Positions 12,244-24,486 of a stretch of DNA of 64,000 bases are shown in pieces; the first letter of the stretch is position 1; each line of letters opens with the position of its first letter. A program made the position numbers and the translations under genes. The stretch covers positions 186,001-250,000 of the forward strand of contig JALDZX010000012.1 of the NCBI GenBank assembly GCA_022813865.1. Reading direction: 5' to 3'. This stretch comes from Xylographa opegraphella (taxonomy: Eukaryota). Below the pieces are notes generated by a model. The model worked only from the letters and a program-made list of their open reading frames with translations. It did not search any database and was not told where the DNA came from.

Positions 12244-13369
12244 CTATCGCAAGAGCTCGTACGCCTCCTGGGTACGTTTCGAGTTCAACATCTCAATAGC
12301 ATGCTTCCAACGTTGCGAGATGACTTCAGGTGCTTCCTTTGAGTAACGAATCAAAGCGGCCACCACGAGTCTATACCCAGGAGAGGTACGGCTCTCGAAC
12401 TTACATATATTTACGTGGTCATTAGGAAGCCCAGCTCGCTCCGTATTATCTATTATCGGTGCTGCGGAGGATTCTTCGACAACCTAATAGCTGTCAGCAT
12501 TGGAAAATCAGTTCGGAACGGAGGGTTGCCATACGTAGTCCTGAGTAATTCCCATGTTGGTTTTCACCTGTTCCCAGAAGAAGAAAATGTGAAAGTTCTT
12601 CATTAGCGGTACAAACATGTCGGTGATATTTTGCAGCACTTCTGAGCCTTCTTCCAGGGCATTGATAAGCTGTCCATCGGTGTCTAGGACCTTAGAGGGT
12701 ACCAAGGCTCCGATCATGCGGCTAGTGACTGAGGCGAGTTTAGCTTTATTACTCCCGTCATGAGGTGTGCCCAGAAACAGAATCGCGAATGTCGAGACGT
12801 AGATCGAATGGACGTGTTGAACAAATTTGCTCGTCCGGCTCGCGGAATACGCCAGTGCCTGGAATAGTCAACCTTAGCTTCCACAAGACGCCGTTCAACA
12901 AACTCGTTTCACGATAATGCCACCAAGTGAGTGGCAAATAAAGATGATGGGACGCTGCGTGGCATCTTCCAACTATTTCTCTACCTCAGTGACGGTTGCC
13001 GACATCACTTAGGGGAACGCGCTCACCTCGCGGTCTGCCACCAGCTCGGCAACCAGCGTCTGAGCATGCTGTAGGATTCGATCCGAGGAGGTCTTTCCCA
13101 ACACGGCGGTTACCATCGCATCATAACCATAAGTCAGGATTCGAGAGTTCTTCATGTTCGACGGTAAAAGAGTCGGGTCCTTGAGCCACATCTTCTCTAA
13201 TCCTTCCGTTGTCCATGTCCATGTCCTGAACGGGTCGCCGTTTAGCCCGTGCACGGCAACAACGCTGTGTACATTAGAAGGCTTCGCATAGTCGTGGAGG
13301 GCGCTTAACATACTCTACCACAGGATCACTGCCTCTGTAGAGCTCAGTCAAGCCAGCATTGGGCGTCAT
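12244..13369 (-). CDS. Stand-alone SesB-like lipase/serine hydrolase (DUF676/PGAP1-like), paralogous to the NLR N-terminal domain
   Basis: Spliced reading MTPNAGLTELYRGSDPVV|VVAVHGLNGDP...ILTYGYDA...LVADRE|LEDATQRPIIFICHSLGGIIVKR|ALAYS...FLGTPHDG...FFWEQVKT...DY|VVEESSAAP...NDHVNICKF...YELLR, stop at 12244-12246. Ser codon TCA at 12928-12930. Confidence 0.9.
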
Positions 13370-14115
13370 GTATATAGAGATTGCTTAATCAAGTTTGAAG
13401 TTGGGAGTACTATAGACATCAGGTATAATGTAAATCACAATTTCTGGAGAAGGCCACAGGAATTTTGTGGAAGAACATAAGAAGAGACTGCTAAGCGCCT
13501 CGTAGACTCGTGGTTTCGTGTGACGACTAAGCAAAGCTGCGCCGCCCACTCTGCTTCCTCGAACATCACGCCTTGAATCCTCGATAAAGAAACGAACCAA
13601 TTACATCAGCCAGATACTCGGTTTGACGCTTAAGATAAATTCCGATACAAACAACCCGTATCCTATGGTGGTTCTGATACCAAATGTGCTGTCCGAACAA
13701 TTCTAAAAGCCTTCCTGGACAACATGAAACATTGCTATAATTATAACATTATCGAATTTGTCCTGCCCTTAGAAGGAGGCCAAGGAAGTATTGATCTTGC
13801 AAACAGAATTTGACAACCGGAAGCAAAATTAAATCTTTTCAATAGTAGATGATAGGTACGGGACTCGATGCTGCTGTCTTCCCTCTTCGTCAGACTCTAC
13901 GATTGTAGGGTCTAGCATGGGTCTTGGCTTGCCGGTGGGCGTTGGAGATACATATATGTGCAGCTCGACGCACCCAGCCACGATTACGATGGTGCTTTGG
14001 CAGCCCCTTCCGGATGATCTGGACAGGTCTCCGAGAGCTCAAAGACTCACCTTCTCCTATGCGCTGGGTACCTATCATATCGCATTAGCCAGATACATGT
14101 ATCAGGAAAACAGCA

Positions 14116-14980
14116 ATGGCTGAAATCCTCGCCATAGTCGCTTTTCCCATTGCAGCCTACGATACAGTACAAGCGTTCTACAAGGCCGGCAAAACTATAC
14201 ACGAGCGGATACTGAACTACCAAGATGCAGCTGAGATCGTGGGGAAAGTCTCAGAATTTGTAAACAGCATACATGATGGGGACCTTCAGGTACAGATAGA
14301 AGTGCCGCAATGGCTCTTCCAGCAGTCAGAAGTTCGTGGCACTCTGAAGGACAATGTGTCATCTCTTCTGAAGAAGCTCAAAGCCGAGCTTGTCGATATC
14401 TGTAAGCCATTGTTGAACCTCTCCGACTCCCAAGGAGAATGGAGAAGGATTGGCTCTACAATTCAGAAAGACAAGAAAGGACTGATTAAAGGTATGAGCA
14501 GCCTTAGGGCGTGGAAGGATGACTTCTAGCGGGAGGTGTCGATTATCGATATGATGAAATGAAAAGTTCCAGATCCGCTGCTGCTGACGTCGCCCGAGGT
14601 GTTTATGCCATAATTCGGAGAGGATGAGATTGTGATCGAGGGCAGACCAATCATGCGCGGTAATTCTAACATCAAAGAGCCAGAAGATCCCAAGGTTGCG
14701 CTGCGACCAGTCACTGTTCTAATCGAGAAGCTTCATGACGAGGGGGACACCGGACTCCCGGAAGTCCAAGGTATAGCTGCCCGTACTAGCTTAGATACTG
14801 TACAAGCCCAACAGAAGAATACTGAAATGCCTTGAACACCGCCGTCGTGAGTCTGCCGTCGAGCTTGGTGTTCGAGTTTCCACCATGGTTCGACGATCCA
14901 ATGACACTACGATCTCTCCTCATGTACAGTGCCAAAGTTGACCTTGGATACCAGTGGCCGCTCGAGTTTCGCTTCATACT
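14116..14980 (+). pseudogene. Degenerate N-terminal helical (HeLo-like) + kinase-like protein gene, truncated
   Basis: Amphipathic helical ORF MAEILAIVAFPIAAYDTVQAF... interrupted by in-frame stops at 14527 (TAG), 14560 (TGA) and 14611 (TAA), then frameshifted fragments RILKCLEHR..EL / VFEFPPWFDDPMTLRSLL...WPLEFRF resembling the kinase-like region of fungal HeLo-kinase proteins; similarity ends at about 14980. Confidence 0.6.
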
Positions 14981-15204
14981 TTATTGTGAGTAATAGTTGT
15001 AATGCGTGATAAGTGCGTTCTCTTCTATTCGTTATCCTTCAATTGTTATTATTGAAGTATTTAAGCCTTCACAGTGGGAAGAAATGTTACCAGTAGTAAC
15101 TGTGTGAATGGTAGCTGGTCAATGAAGAAGCTCCAAATTGTTACTACCATGGTTGACTTTCCCCGTATATCGCTGTCAATAAAATGTATGAACTTCTACA
15201 ACAG

Positions 15205-16107
15205 TCAACTAAAGGCATTCTGTATACCTTTATACCATCTTCCCCACAACCCTTCGCTCTCCTTCCCACTTTTCACCGCCTTCTCTGGCACCCTCCCTTG
15301 CACACACCTCGCCATCGCCTTCGCGCACACCATCCCCTCATCCGCCGTCTCCAGTGTCGCCTTCACAGCCAACTCACCCACCCCATTCCGCTCCTCCTCC
15401 GCCTCGTCCAGCTCCGCCCTAAGCACATACCACCTCCTCGCCAGCGTCGGCTTCAGATACCTCACCTGCATCATCTCCGCCTTCCCCTCCCCTACCATCT
15501 CCAGCCCCTCCTGCAGCACCGTCGCGATCGCCCCCCCGTGCGTCACCCCCGGCCAGCCCGCTAGTGCACCGCCGAAGTACACTACTGTTATCCCACGTCG
15601 CTCCTTCGCGTTCCAGAACACTCGGTAGACGCCGAGGCCGCGCGAGCCGGCCATTGAGTTTGTGGTTAAGGCACTGGGGGCGGGGGCGCGCTCGACCCAT
15701 CCTTCAGGGTGGGAGCGTAGCTCGCGGACTATAGGGAGAGAGGAGAAGGTGCTGTTGAGGGTGCTGAGGGCGGCGAGATCGGCAGGCGTGGAAGGGAGAG
15801 GGAGAGGGGGCGGGACGAGGAGGACTCGGACATAGGAGCCGGTTGTCAGGCCAAGGAGGATGAAGAGCGCGGAGTAAATGAGTGTGCGGTAGCGGGTAGT
15901 GGTAGGGCGTGGTTGCGGCGACGCTGGTTGAATGTGAGCAGTGGCGGCAGGGAAGGGAGTTTGCTGTGCTGCTGAAGGGTCGGAGGGCGGAGGAGCGGAG
16001 AGGGTAGAATTGAGCTTTCGAATGTTAGGCAGAAAGCGTGTCGGCGTTCGGGAGAGTGTGAGGTGAGCACTGGGCCTCCATGAATGGAAGCTTTGTCTGA
16101 GTATCAT
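15205..16107 (-). CDS. Mitochondrial hotdog-fold thioesterase (PaaI/4HBT, Fmp10-like)
   Basis: Arg/Ser-rich presequence, one TM segment, LTTNSMAGSRG, YFGGALAGWPGVTHGGAIATVLQE, YLKPT. ATG at 16107; no intron evident. Confidence 0.85.
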   Translation of the reverse strand: MILRQSFHSWRPSAHLTLSRTPTRFLPNIRKLNSTLSAPPPSDPSAAQQTPFPAATAHIQPASPQPRPTTTRYRTLIYSALFILLGLTTGSYVRVLLVPPPLPLPSTPADLAALSTLNSTFSSLPIVRELRSHPEGWVERAPAPSALTTNSMAGSRGLGVYRVFWNAKERRGITVVYFGGALAGWPGVTHGGAIATVLQEGLEMVGEGKAEMMQVRYLKPTLARRWYVLRAELDEAEEERNGVGELAVKATLETADEGMVCAKAMARCVQGRVPEKAVKSGKESEGLWGRWYKGIQNAFS

Positions 16108-16698
16108 GATCGGAAGAGGAGAACTCAACGTGTATGCTGCTTGTGGTGGAGTTCTGCGGACTCGGTGTCGGAGCACGGTGAGTTAGTGCTTAATATGGTT
16201 AGACGTCTCGCTTCTTTGTAACCCTGGCGAGGACGGTGCTTGTGGGAAGGAGCTAGGGAGCTTAGCGTCGAGGATAAAGGTATATCCTAACCTCGGGCGG
16301 AAGCTATCCTAAAGTAATCAAAGGTAGGCTTATTTTTCACCGCTGACGACCGTACCTTATGTGCCTCACCATACCTAAGCAGTCATGTCGCAACTATTAT
16401 CTCGCATTCTCAGCAAAGCTCTAAATATAATAAAACTCTGGGAGTGCCTCGTATTGGGCGCATGGCTTGATCCATCCGTTCCTGATTGCTCAGCAAAGTG
16501 ACGTTCTAAGGCATTCTGACGCTGACCTCGCATCTGTTGCTGAGCAACAATTGCAGTACTTTTGCACCTATAGATTTACTATATAGCTGTATGCATTGTC
16601 GTAGTCCAAGCTGCGTAATCGGTCACCAATCCCCATATTCATCGTTGCCGAAGATTCGCAATTTTTCCGATTAAAAACTTCTCATAGTCATTTCTGCA

Positions 16699-17656
16699 AT
16701 GGAGGTACCCAGTCTTACTCAGAAATTTCATCATGATGCATATCCGGCCATCGATCCTACTCGTCCGGAAGTCTCCGCAGAAGGTAAGAATGTCCTCATC
16801 ACAGGAGGTGGCACCGGCATTGGGGCAGCCATCACTCGCGCTTTTGCCAAAGCAGGCGCAGCGAATATCATCATCCTTGCTCGTAGGAAGGAGCCCCTCG
16901 AATCGGTAAAAGCCCGCATCGAGTCCACGGCAGACAACAAGTCAAAGGTCCACATTTTCTCCGTGGATATTTCAAACGAAAAGAATATGAAAGAAGTCTT
17001 CGAGGAAGTGGTGAAGAGCATTGGGAGAATCGACGTCTTGGTTGCAAATGCAGCATACCTCAGCACACCTACTTTAGTAAAAGATGTGTCTGTGGATGAA
17101 TTCTGGCGCGGCTTCGAGATCAATGTGAAGGGCCTTCTAATCACCTGCCAGGCCTTCCTGAAATCAGCGGCTGAAACCCCGACCTTCATAATGATCAGTA
17201 GCAACGCTGGACTTGTCCGGTATTTTGGGCCGGCGTCAGGCTACGCCACAACCAAAGTGGCCGGCATGCGTTTGGTGGACTATCTTGCTGGGGATAACCC
17301 CAATGTACATGTCTACACTGTTCATCCAGGACTTGTCGCGAGCGATATGGCTATCAAATCGGGACTTGGAAGCGAGATTGACTTTGACAAAGGTACGCCA
17401 CCTAGCCTGATCTTAGGCACCCGCGCATTCTGTGATCGCTGACAATGAGTCCATAGCCGAGCTTCCGGGAGAGTTCTGCGTATGGCTTGCAAGTCCAGAA
17501 GCGGTGTTCCTCCGGAATAAGATTGTCTGGACGAACTGGGACGTCGAGGAGATGATGGCGAGGAAGGACGAGATCTCAAAGGATCCAGAATTCCTGACTT
17601 TGGGCTATAGTGGATATGATAGTCTGCCTTACAAGACAACACTCCAGATAGGGTAA
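16699..17656 (+). CDS. Short-chain dehydrogenase/reductase
   Basis: HHDAYPAIDP, TGGGTGIG, VANAA, YATTK, HPGLVASDM; intron at about 17392-17456, then ELPGEFCVWLASPEAVFLRNKIVWTNWDVEE. Confidence 0.9.
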
Positions 17657-18713
17657 GTTGGAAATTGGAGAAGGATGGACCAGGCAAATATATTGCAGTC
17701 GATGGATCTGTTCTATAGAGCCAAGCGAGGGCAAGGACAGGTAAGGAGTATGACCGCCAACAGAATTAACGATGTGCTGTTGCCTATAATCTGCTCTTCT
17801 GATATAAACTTATAAAACAAATTTATCGCGAATTTCTTACTGCTTGGGTCATTGTTGAGACGCTTGGCAAATGGTTGCCTCAGTAACCCAGACGTGTCGC
17901 ACTAAGTCCCTGCGGGTTAGTGTCTTCCGCCTACTAACTAGCTTCAGGGTTAAACCTCAGACCTAACGAATACAATGTGTGTGGCCCCAACAGTCATGTC
18001 TTCGTGTGTATGCCGATATTAGAAGAAGCTGAGGGTGCAAACATCCGCGAAATATATGCCAGATTTACTCCATGTGGATACTAGTAGAGGTCCAACATCT
18101 ACACAGCTTTGTGAACGCTTGCGGTACGACAACAAGCCAGACCATGTTTGCCAAAGCACAATGGAAGTTGTTAGCTTTGAAAAAATGCCGCAAGGCTGAA
18201 GTAGAAAAACTTTCTCCAGAACTAAGATGCCTGTTGAGGATGACCAGCAGATACTTTGGACTGGCTGAATGTAGTACGATACTGCACAAACACGACGGCC
18301 AGAACGGAAGGGTAATACTTAAAGCTTGATGCGTGGCTTTGGCGTTCAGAATATGAGTCGAAGAGCGTATTTGATTGAATCAATCTGCTTCATTCATATC
18401 TATGTATGCAGTGGCTTCTGTGATGTTGTGCACTCAGCGACGAGTCTGCAGGATATTTCAAGAAGTTCAGTGATTGTTGTGACCGATAATGATCATCGAG
18501 TCTATCATCTAGCTGTCTCTCCACTCAGCTAATATAGCTCATCCATCTCAAATACATATTGTGGCTCTGCACACTGCCCGCAAAGGCCAAAAGAAAGTTT
18601 CGGATTGACCTTTACTCACTGAGGATGCAAAGAGAGTTGGGTGACTACACATGAAAGCAAAATGCCAACCTTTGATTCAACACCTAGAATTAGGATGAAG
18701 TTGAGGGTGCTAG

Positions 18714-20123
18714 TTATAGTTTGACTAGACTTTGTTGACGTCGGCGATACAGTTCTTCCTCTTTGAGCATATTTTTCCGCATGAGCTCTTTGATTTCATC
18801 GAATTCAATCTCAAGTATGTCGTTGAATTGCAGCTGAGTTTCTTCCGCAGCACTGTATCCGATCGCGGTCCTGCGGCTTTTCAAAAGCTTCGGTTCATCC
18901 ACACACATGCGACAGAATTCTCCCCATGCATTTAGGCAATGCGTTGCTTGCGGCAATCGACCTAGACCTGGTAGAAGGAGGAAAATATGTGGCATACCGC
19001 TGTACTCTGCAGTCTGGACTACCGTGCCCTGCTTTACTGCTTGACTTGCTATTGCTTTGCATCCAACCTGTTGGAGTTCTTCTCCCCATGCAAACCACAT
19101 CGGTGGCGAGTCCTTCCAATCCTCTGCAACAGCCGGACTGACTAACGGATGGCAAAGTGCTGTACTATCGCAGTAGGGAAAGCAACGAGGAGGGTGTGCT
19201 GGCCAGATAGAGCACGGCGGGTACCATGATTCCAAAAAGGGTGATCGATCCTTTGTGAAATCAAGATTCTTGGTGTCCGCGAGAGAAGCCAGACCACCGT
19301 GTTTGTCACACCAAGCACTCAATGTAGCAATGCCTGCAGGAAGGCTGGGAGAGACAAGTCTGCCGCAGAAAGGAAGACTGGTGACTTCATGTCTTTTCAG
19401 GTAAAGAAGAACTTGAAGTAAAGCGAGACTTAGCGCACCGCCTGAGCTGTCGCCGGCTAGCACGATCGACGATGCAGCTATTGGGGTGTGAAACGAGCCT
19501 GGAGGTGGGGCAAGAAGAGATAAGTAGGCAAGAAAGATGTCGTAAAGAGCTGCGGGAAAAGGGTTCTGAGGACTAAGACTGTAATCAACGGAGCAGAAGC
19601 TGCCGCCAGTGATTTTGGTAACCGACTGAGCTATGTACCGACTGTGTGAAGGGTTACCGACACTAGAGAACTTAACATACTTTCTTCGAGGACGGAAAGA
19701 TCGAAGCACCGACCAGTAACCTCCACCATGAGCATAGAGAACAGTTGTCTCGCTTGAACAATCTTGTCGTAATGCATCATACTGTTCTTGCCCTGATAGC
19801 TTCCGTGCTTGCTCTGTCTTTGATATTCTGTATCCATTCCATTCCGCTCCGACAGAGTAAGCTTTCTCTTCCAGTGTGAAACCCTCGGTTCCACCAACTC
19901 CATTTCCCAGGTCAAGCACTGCCTGCAGGAAGATCTCATGAAGGCTACTGTCACCGGGTATGGCAAACACAGTCGGAACTGCCCATAGACTGCCTTTGAA
20001 GGGAACTTCCCGTCTACTCAGAGCTTGTCTCTCTGACATTGTGGGTTGAATGGAGGGGAACCAGTTCATCCGCATAGATTTGCAGGCTCGCTGGACGCGA
20101 GAGTCGATATCAGTGCGATCCAT
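18714..20123 (-). CDS. Alpha/beta hydrolase fold-3 (HSL-family) esterase/lipase; start uncertain
   Basis: HGGGY oxyanion motif, DYSLSPQNPFPAALYD, GDSSGG nucleophile elbow, HPLVSP, GEE, GMPHIF; probable 51-nt in-frame intron after HGGGY. Confidence 0.82.
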   Translation of the reverse strand: MDRTDIDSRVQRACKSMRMNWFPSIQPTMSERQALSRREVPFKGSLWAVPTVFAIPGDSSLHEIFLQAVLDLGNGVGGTEGFTLEEKAYSVGAEWNGYRISKTEQARKLSGQEQYDALRQDCSSETTVLYAHGGGYWSVLRSFRPRRKYVKFSSVGNPSHSRYIAQSVTKITGGSFCSVDYSLSPQNPFPAALYDIFLAYLSLLAPPPGSFHTPIAASSIVLAGDSSGGALSLALLQVLLYLKRHEVTSLPFCGRLVSPSLPAGIATLSAWCDKHGGLASLADTKNLDFTKDRSPFLESWYPPCSIWPAHPPRCFPYCDSTALCHPLVSPAVAEDWKDSPPMWFAWGEELQQVGCKAIASQAVKQGTVVQTAEYSGMPHIFLLLPGLGRLPQATHCLNAWGEFCRMCVDEPKLLKSRRTAIGYSAAEETQLQFNDILEIEFDEIKELMRKNMLKEEELYRRRQQSLVKL

Positions 20124-20547
20124 TGATAATGTATCTAATGGGGGGTGACAAGGCAGGATGCTGGATCTCAAAGTAATAACATAAGTCTGGCGGACAGCGA
20201 AGTGATATGAGGGAAAGTAATATTCAAGGTAGACCCGTACTGTGGTAGGTTTCACATCGTTATGATTCAAGTTCAGTGATTCACATTGTTGACCAACTAT
20301 CAAGCTGGATTGGCAGCTCCGACGTGATATTCATGGGTATCTTAAACCTCTGGAATATTTCCGCCAATCCGTAAGACTAAAATATGATTACAGTTCTTAG
20401 GGATACTTCTTCAATCTATCACGAGGTTCACTTTGTTTCTTGTTGACCTTTATTGACACCAACCTCATAAACCGAAGGTTCAGTGCCAGTACTTTTCTCT
20501 TTCATCCAACATCTTGTTGGTTGGTCTAATAACTAAACAATCAATAG

Positions 20548-21736
20548 CTAGTCTCTGAGCGTCTGAAAACTGTTACCCATTCTCTCCTCCATCAGTATCT
20601 CGTTGGTTACTCTGATACCTGAGCACTCTTCATCTACTTCATGAGTGTGTGAAGTGTGCCACCTATCCCGATTGCTGGAGGCCACAGTCACCGTTCCTTG
20701 GCTGGAGGCCAATGTTATTGTTCCTTTGCTGGTCGGGTTGGTTGTCGAAGTTGCGTGAGACTGAAGAGGATACCAGAATCTTTGGGCTTTGTAGCGATTA
20801 AAGTATGGTACGCAAGCAGGAATGCATGCAGCAATGACTCCCGAGTTCAACTCAATTATGGCAAGACATGATATGGGGGTTATTGCGTCTGCGTTGTTAT
20901 AAGTATAGTGTGTATGATATACCCTGGGTGAGGCTTACATGTGAAGTCCGGGTCTGTAAGCTCTGGTTGAAAGAGATTTCGCAATGCATTGGAGAACGTG
21001 GCTACTAAACCAAGACTCATCAAAGAACAGATACGAATCTTTTTCCCCCTCTTGATCCTGACTCTCCAAAGGATGGCGATCGGAGACACGGTCAACAAGA
21101 GGTCCGTGGCGACTGCAAAGGCGGACTGTATCCTGGCAACGATGTATACCGTAGTAAGTGGAAGACACTTGCCGTGGACACTTGGATCCCACAAAGCGTC
21201 CAAAGGAATGCAAGATAGGCACAGAACGATTATAGTCGCCAGTGTTGCTAAGCCGTTCAGCACATTTCCCACGACAAGGACAATACGAGTGGGTCGGTTG
21301 TTCTTGATGCGCAGGATGTATAAGCTAATTGATACTTTGGTCATAAACGTGCACAAAACATTGTCGACCTGAAAGAAAGTATTGTATTTCAATACTTGTA
21401 AGGAGTCGAGCTCCGGGTTTCCGAGATAGACAACATGTCTTCCTAAGCCGATTTGTGTTTCGATCGTAACCAACACCGCGCCGATTAAGAGAAAGATCTA
21501 GGGATCGCCTCAACTATTCTGTACACAATACGGAGTTGAGAAAGCCATACTAAAGCAAAATTGATGGTAGTATCATCCCAGCCCCAGTCTTTGGTGACGC
21601 GTAAGCGGCCATGACACCGAGCGATAATTAAGGCAATGGTCAAGCTGAGTAGAATATATTGTAGAGCAAGAATGATGGGAGCAGTGGAATAGTTCGCGGG
21701 TAGCGAGGCCGACGTGTCTCTGATCCACGTGACCAT
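20548..21736 (-). CDS. PTH11-like (fungal rhodopsin-domain) integral membrane protein
   Basis: Three exons: ARCHGRLRVTKDWGWDD, GLGRH, TKVSISLYILRI, CIPLDALWD..GKC, TDLLL..PI..LWRVRI, ELNSGVIAACIP. Confidence 0.88.
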
Positions 21737-22446
21737 TGTTGGGGATTTGACGTCGCGGAAGCATGAGCGGGATGAGTGCACGAGTTTAAGAGGTTCGCTG
21801 GAGCAACGTTGATCTTACTCCTGGATACCATCTTGCTCACCGTCCCGTGTCATGTATGGAGTCGTTAATTGCTCCACGCGATCCTTTGCATCGAAGCTCG
21901 TACCGCGGTTCCGCTTTCCAAGCGTGAGCCAATTGGCGAATTTCTTTGACCGATAGGCACATCGACCATATTTGTGTGGTGCGGAGCAAAAGCTTGAACT
22001 AGTAAGCGTTGATGTTGTGTGTGGGTTGGAGGAACCCAATCATTCACCAGGTGTGTATCATGCGGGTGGGAGACAACCTGTGCGGCATAGCATTTGTGTG
22101 ACCCCAAGAAGTCGTGCGTAATGCAACTCCCCTGGCTCTTATCACCTTCGGCTGCTGATCTACTTCTCGCTCGCGGTGTGCACCTTCGATTTCATACGGG
22201 AGAAGTACACGGTCATCAAGCACACGAGATTGTGATCCCTGTCCACCACCATGGAACCTGCCTCTTAACTCGCTGCCACAAGGTTGGATTTAGCGAACGT
22301 GGTATTACCGCGGCTGAAGACTTGCTGGTAAATACTGGAGACAATTACAAAGACCGAAATTAACCGTATCATAACAGCGAGTTAGGGTATTATGCTTGCT
22401 ATATTATCTTCTGTTAAATCGTTGACAAACATTCACCATATCAAAT

Positions 22447-23565
22447 ATGCCTACCGTCGAGATATTCGATAGCTATCCTCCTTTCCCCAAAGATGTGCCC
22501 TCAGCTGTTCTTCCCTGCTTGTCGTACAACGAACTTCTGCAGGGCAGTAATAAAGAATCCCTGGCCCTCTTCCAGGCATGCAGAACAGATGGATTTTTCT
22601 TATTAGACCTCCAGGGCTCCAGCGAAGGCGAGGCCTTGTTGAAGTGCGCACAACGTGTCTTTGACTTGAGTAAGGTGATCCTCGAGCTCGATCAAGAGAC
22701 GTTGATGAAATATCACTTTAAACCGCCTACAAACCTTTGCGGGTATGTGCGACTATGTTGGCTCTCATTGAGAGTCCAAGGCTAATAATTTCTTGATCCA
22801 TGCAGATACAAACCCGTGGGACAGATGAAACTTCAAGACGGCAGCCCCGATGCCATCGATTTCTATGCCCTCGGACAAGATGATCTATTCGCCAAACCGA
22901 CTCTCAAAACGTGCCCCCAGCCCATCGTAAGCAACTACGAGCTTTTCTATGACTTTTTCAACCAAAGCCATCAAACAGTTTGCCACATTCTCTCTCATCT
23001 CGATCAGCATTTGGACCTTTCCCTAGGAACTCTCGCCTCGTTCATCTCTCAAGATAAACCCTCCGGTACCATCATCCGTATGCTGCGCTGCCTACCTCAA
23101 AGACTTGGTACCCACCGCACCAACCTCACCGGTCACACCGACATGGGCTGCGTGACTCTGCTCTTCAACATCGTTGGTGGACTTCAAATACTGCCCTCCG
23201 GCTCCGACAACGCCGAGGAGAATTGGCGCTATGTCCAGCCCAGACCAGGCTGCGTGCTCGTAAACCTAGGAGACGCGATGGTCCAGTGGAGTGGAGGAAT
23301 CTTACGGAGCAACTTGCACCGTGTGGCAACACCGCCTGGGCGCCAAGCGGAATGCGAACGCTTCAGTCTGGCCTACCTGACGCGGCCGGAATCGAGCGCG
23401 AGTATGCAGCGATTGGAGAGCGGCAGTGTGATACCTCGGCTGGCTAATGGAGAAGAAAAAGAGACACTCAACGTCAAGGATTGGGAGTCTTCGAGGGCAG
23501 CACTTTACATGGTTGGAAAGATGGTGCCACAAAGTACTGGGGGGATTCTGAATGGAGTCCATTAG
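22447..23565 (+). CDS. 2-oxoglutarate/Fe(II)-dependent dioxygenase (IPNS-like, DIOX_N + 2OG-FeII_Oxy)
   Basis: PPFP..V, LFQACRTDGFFLLD; intron at about 22743-22806; HTDMG (HxD), GGLQIL, NLGD, SNLHRV (distal His), RFS (2OG-binding RxS). Confidence 0.92.
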
Positions 23566-23691
23566 CTATTGTGACAAGAAAGTATTCTTTCTTTTCGGAC
23601 TACCAAGTTATTTGCCCTACCTATCTCTTGCCCACAATTTTTGGGCGCGTCTACCCGCTTCCGTAGCAAGACACTCTATCAAAGCCGCTAG

Positions 23692-24486
23692 TTACTGAAT
23701 CATCAAAGCCTGGTCAATGCCCCTCCTAATCGCACGCACACTACCCTGCACCGCCTCCTTTGCGCCCGCTCCCGGAATCCCATGGCCTTCTCCGTGGACA
23801 TACACGCTCCTACACGACTCCTCACAGATATCAGTCAGCACCTTCCCCTGGCCTGGCCACAAGGTATCGTTGCTGGCCCATATGTTTACCGTCGGGATCT
23901 TGATCAGTGGCGACGCCTTCGTAGGATCGATGAGCTGAAGCTTGCCCATCGCTAACGCTTGCGGGTCCAAGACCGGGCCGCAGGAGAAGAATATGGCGCA
24001 CTTGAACGGCGTAGCGACGTGCTGTTGCTCGCATTGGACGAGATACGTCGCAGCCAGGCAAGCACCCTGCGAGAAGCCGAGCACGCCATCGAACGGCCCT
24101 TCTTCGGAGACGTACGTATGCAGCTGCGAGAGGGCCAGAGCCGCGCTAGGCGCGGACGTGTCGTCATAATATTGATAGTAAGCATCCGTTGCGGGATAGA
24201 AGGATTTGATCTCTAGATTGAGCAGAACGTCAGTGACGGCGGAACACGCGGGACGGGTGCTGTCAAGAGCGAGGAGCCGAGGTGTTTCGTGCCTGACGCT
24301 ATGGCGCATCCCACGGTCCCCTCCACGAACTCAAACGTGTGGTGACGATCCATTTCGAAGCGGATTGCGGCTGCAGATATTGTGTCAGTTCTTTTGCGGC
24401 GGGACAGATAGTGGGGTCGCCGTACAGGTTTGTATCTCGAGCACTTGGCTATTCGTGCCGAGGCCATGGAGACAAAGGAACCGCAT
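23692..24486 (-). CDS. FSH1-family serine hydrolase (LovG/CitA-like trans-acting esterase)
   Basis: ATG at 24486: MRFLCLHGLGTNSQVLEIQT, FEFVEG, EGPFDGVLGFSQGA (GxSxG), IPTVNIWASND, HGEGHGIP; two introns. Confidence 0.92.
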
